64,000 nt of DNA, from NCBI RefSeq assembly GCF_006345805.1, contig NC_042999.1:131254001-131318000 (forward strand). Reading direction: 5' to 3'. A model generated the notes under the pieces. The model was not told the origin of the DNA. It worked only from the letters and a program-made list of their open reading frames with translations, and did not search any database. Below, piece after piece: positions 61,561 to 64,000 of this stretch. How positions within the stretch are numbered: the first letter of the stretch is position 1; each line of letters opens with the position of its first letter. The position numbers and the translations under genes were made by a program. This DNA comes from Octopus sinensis (Eukaryota).

Positions 61561-63065
61561 CTAAAAAAAATTAGAAAAGTAAAAAAGACCTGAGGATCAA
61601 ATTTTATTAACCCTTTGCCTGTCCTGTACATCACATGATAAATAGGACAGAAAAAGAAAGATTTCACACACCCTCCAAAGGTTGCCAAAGGTCTGAAGAT
61701 CACTGGTGGTCCTGTGCCAGCCACTCTGCATCCTCCAAGGTGACATCAACCCTCTGTAGATCTTCCCCAATCCTGACCAGCTTGTTGATGCAGGACCTGC
61801 CATGATGCCTCTTCCATCCCACAGTTGCTGCATCAAATAAGAGTGTTTTCCAAGTGTCCATGCATCATATATGATACAAGTCTCCAATATTCTTCACCCA
61901 ACAGAGCAACTTGAGACTTAAGAAAGGAAAGCTTTACATTACTCAGAACATATTAAACAAGGGCTAACTAAAGGTTGAAATCAAGTATGGACATTTAGGA
62001 CAAACTTATGGAATTGCTTTGGACAGGCAAAGTATGAAATTGAGGATTTATTTATATAAAAATAAAGATTTGAAATTTGAAAGATAATATAACCCAACAA
62101 GGTCACATTTGGCTGCCTATCTTTCTGCCTGCTTGTCTGTCTCCTTGTCTTCATTAGACCAAAAAATTAGCAGCAAAAATAAATACCCTGCAACCAGCAT
62201 TAATTAATATTTATTATAGGCACAGGCATGATTGTGAGGTTAAGAAGCTTGCTTTCCAACCACATGGTTTCGGGTTCAGTCCCACTATGTGGCACCTTAG
62301 ACAAGCATCTTCTACTTCAGCTCCAGGTTAATCAATGCCTTGTAAGTGAGTTTGATAGATGGAAACTGTGCTGAAGTCCTTCGTGTGTGTGTGTGCATGC
62401 ATGTGTGTGTGTGTGTATGTGCTTTGACCCCTACCCCCACTCCCACTGCCTGACAACCAGTATTGATCTGCTTACAGTGCCATTACTTAGTGGTTTAGCA
62501 AAAGAAACAAAAAAAAAAAGTCCCAGACTTTAAAAACAAAGTATTGGGGTTGATTAGTTCAACTAAACTTTTCAAGATGACCACTTCCAATGACTGAAGT
62601 AAAATATTTATTATTAATAATTTAGAAATATTTGTATTTCCAAGAAACCTTTTATTTTGTTTGTGATTTCTGTACAATTTACTTACTTTGAACTACCAGT
62701 TGGCTTTCAATCATGAGGTGGATCAAGAGGAGATACAAAGACATTCTCAAGACAACGTTGTATAAAGTGTAACTTAGAGCAGTCTACTAGGGAACGTTTT
62801 GCTCAAGATCACTCAATGTGGTGTAGTGCTGTGTACTCTGGAGTACAGCACTCAGAATCAGAAATGATCAGAGAAACTAGAAAAAGGAAGACAACATGGA
62901 AAGTAAGAGTCTCGCTGGGTCTTGATTCTGCTATTATATGACCCCACTGAAACAGTGGATTTCATGCCAATATTGGTGCAATAAGCCACCCCAGAACCCA
63001 CAAAGACTAAAGCTGCTAATCTAACCATCTTCAGAATCATGAAAACAAATATCAACATCACTTAC

Positions 63066-63234
63066 TTTTGTCTAAAAGCAAATGTTCCAGATATTCTTTG
63101 TCAATATGTAGTTCTTCCAGCAATTTCTTTGTAACTTTTGGGTCTCCAGAAGGTACTTTCCTCTGCCGAGTCTTCTTTTCTTCAACTTTCTGTATCATTT
63201 TACGACGTCCTTCCCTGTGAGGTTTCTTATTTTT
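63066..63234 (-). CDS. TTC25: TTC25/ODAD4 exon (KNKKPH..KKLLEELHIDKEYLEHLLLDK); gene continues 5' beyond the window
   Basis: Matches the recalled RQLLGELYVDKEYLEKLLLD; cttcag| and |gtaag; 169 bp, phase 0-1. Confidence 0.9.
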
Positions 63235-64000
63235 CTGAAGTTTAAAACAAAACAATGTACAGTGTTACACAAATTGTGATAGAATTTATTCATATTTTGT
63301 AAATACAAAGCAAAAGAAAAACAAAACAACCTGACAGATGAGACTCATAGTCTGGAACAAAATAATGCTTTCCTGCCTAAGAGATTAGCCTCTCCTTAAA
63401 AATATTCTTTAGGCTATGTGGTTAAGAAGCTCACTTTACAACCACATGGTTTCAGGTTCTGTCCCACTATGTGGCACCTTATGCAAGTGTCTTTTACTAT
63501 AGCTCTGGGCTGATCAATGCCTTGTGAGTGAATTTGAAAGATAGAAATCATGTGAAACACACACATATATATGTAAAACTTTATGTATGTATATCTGTAT
63601 CATATATATATGTGCATGCATGTGTGTATGTATTAGATTTGTCCTTCTTGTATCTGAAGATAACCAGATTATCAGTTTTAGTCTTTGTGGGTCCTGAGGT
63701 GGATTTTTAGGCCAATTTTGGCAAGAAATCCATAGTTACAATGGAGGCTTATAACAGCAGAATCCAGATCAAGTGGAGCCCTTGCTTTCCATCCAGCCCT
63801 TCTCTCTTTAGCTTCTCCAGTCATATCAGGTACAAAGCACTGTACTCCAATGTACATGACCCTATTCCTCGGTGAGCAATCCTGAGCAAGTTGATCCCTA
63901 GTACATTGCTCTAAACTACACTTTTTCAAAGATGTCTTGAGCTTGCCTTTGTATTTCTTCTTTAGTCCACCACATGACCAAGAGCCAACTGGTAGTTCAC

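Overview
Eukaryotic, AT-rich, repeat-dense genomic DNA. The SINE, RTE and microsatellite landscape looks like a coleoid cephalopod, most likely Octopus (inference from repeat families). Host genes are all on the minus strand: (1) the last six coding exons of a TTC25/ODAD4 orthologue (63234 to 51421; 5' exons lie beyond the window), with all splice phases checked by hand; (2) an unidentified coiled-coil protein gene (ATG at 30603; exons 30428-30603, 25212-25524, 23694-23822, 23153-23350, possibly 14802-15106) with a probable GC-AG intron; (3) a possible coding exon near 2.3-2.7 kb. The rest is mobile DNA: a near-intact, GC-rich CR1-like LINE (17299-~21910) with a 97-aa duplication in ORF1; a degraded Penelope-like element (7495-9761) bounded by inverted pseudo-LTRs, each with an intact minimal hammerhead ribozyme core; three 62-93 bp-arm foldback elements each embedded in (TA)n; an RTE LINE with a twin-priming-type inversion; a ~342-bp higher-order tandem repeat derived from an RTE 3' UTR inside a TTC25 intron; an R4/Dong REL fragment in (TAA)n; a Helitron/PIF1 fragment; three Tc1/mariner remnants; MITEs; and many tRNA-derived SINEs. 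No CRISPR array or prokaryotic system is present. Most short ORFs in the supplied track are translations of microsatellites or repeats. Family names come from motif recognition, not database searches.
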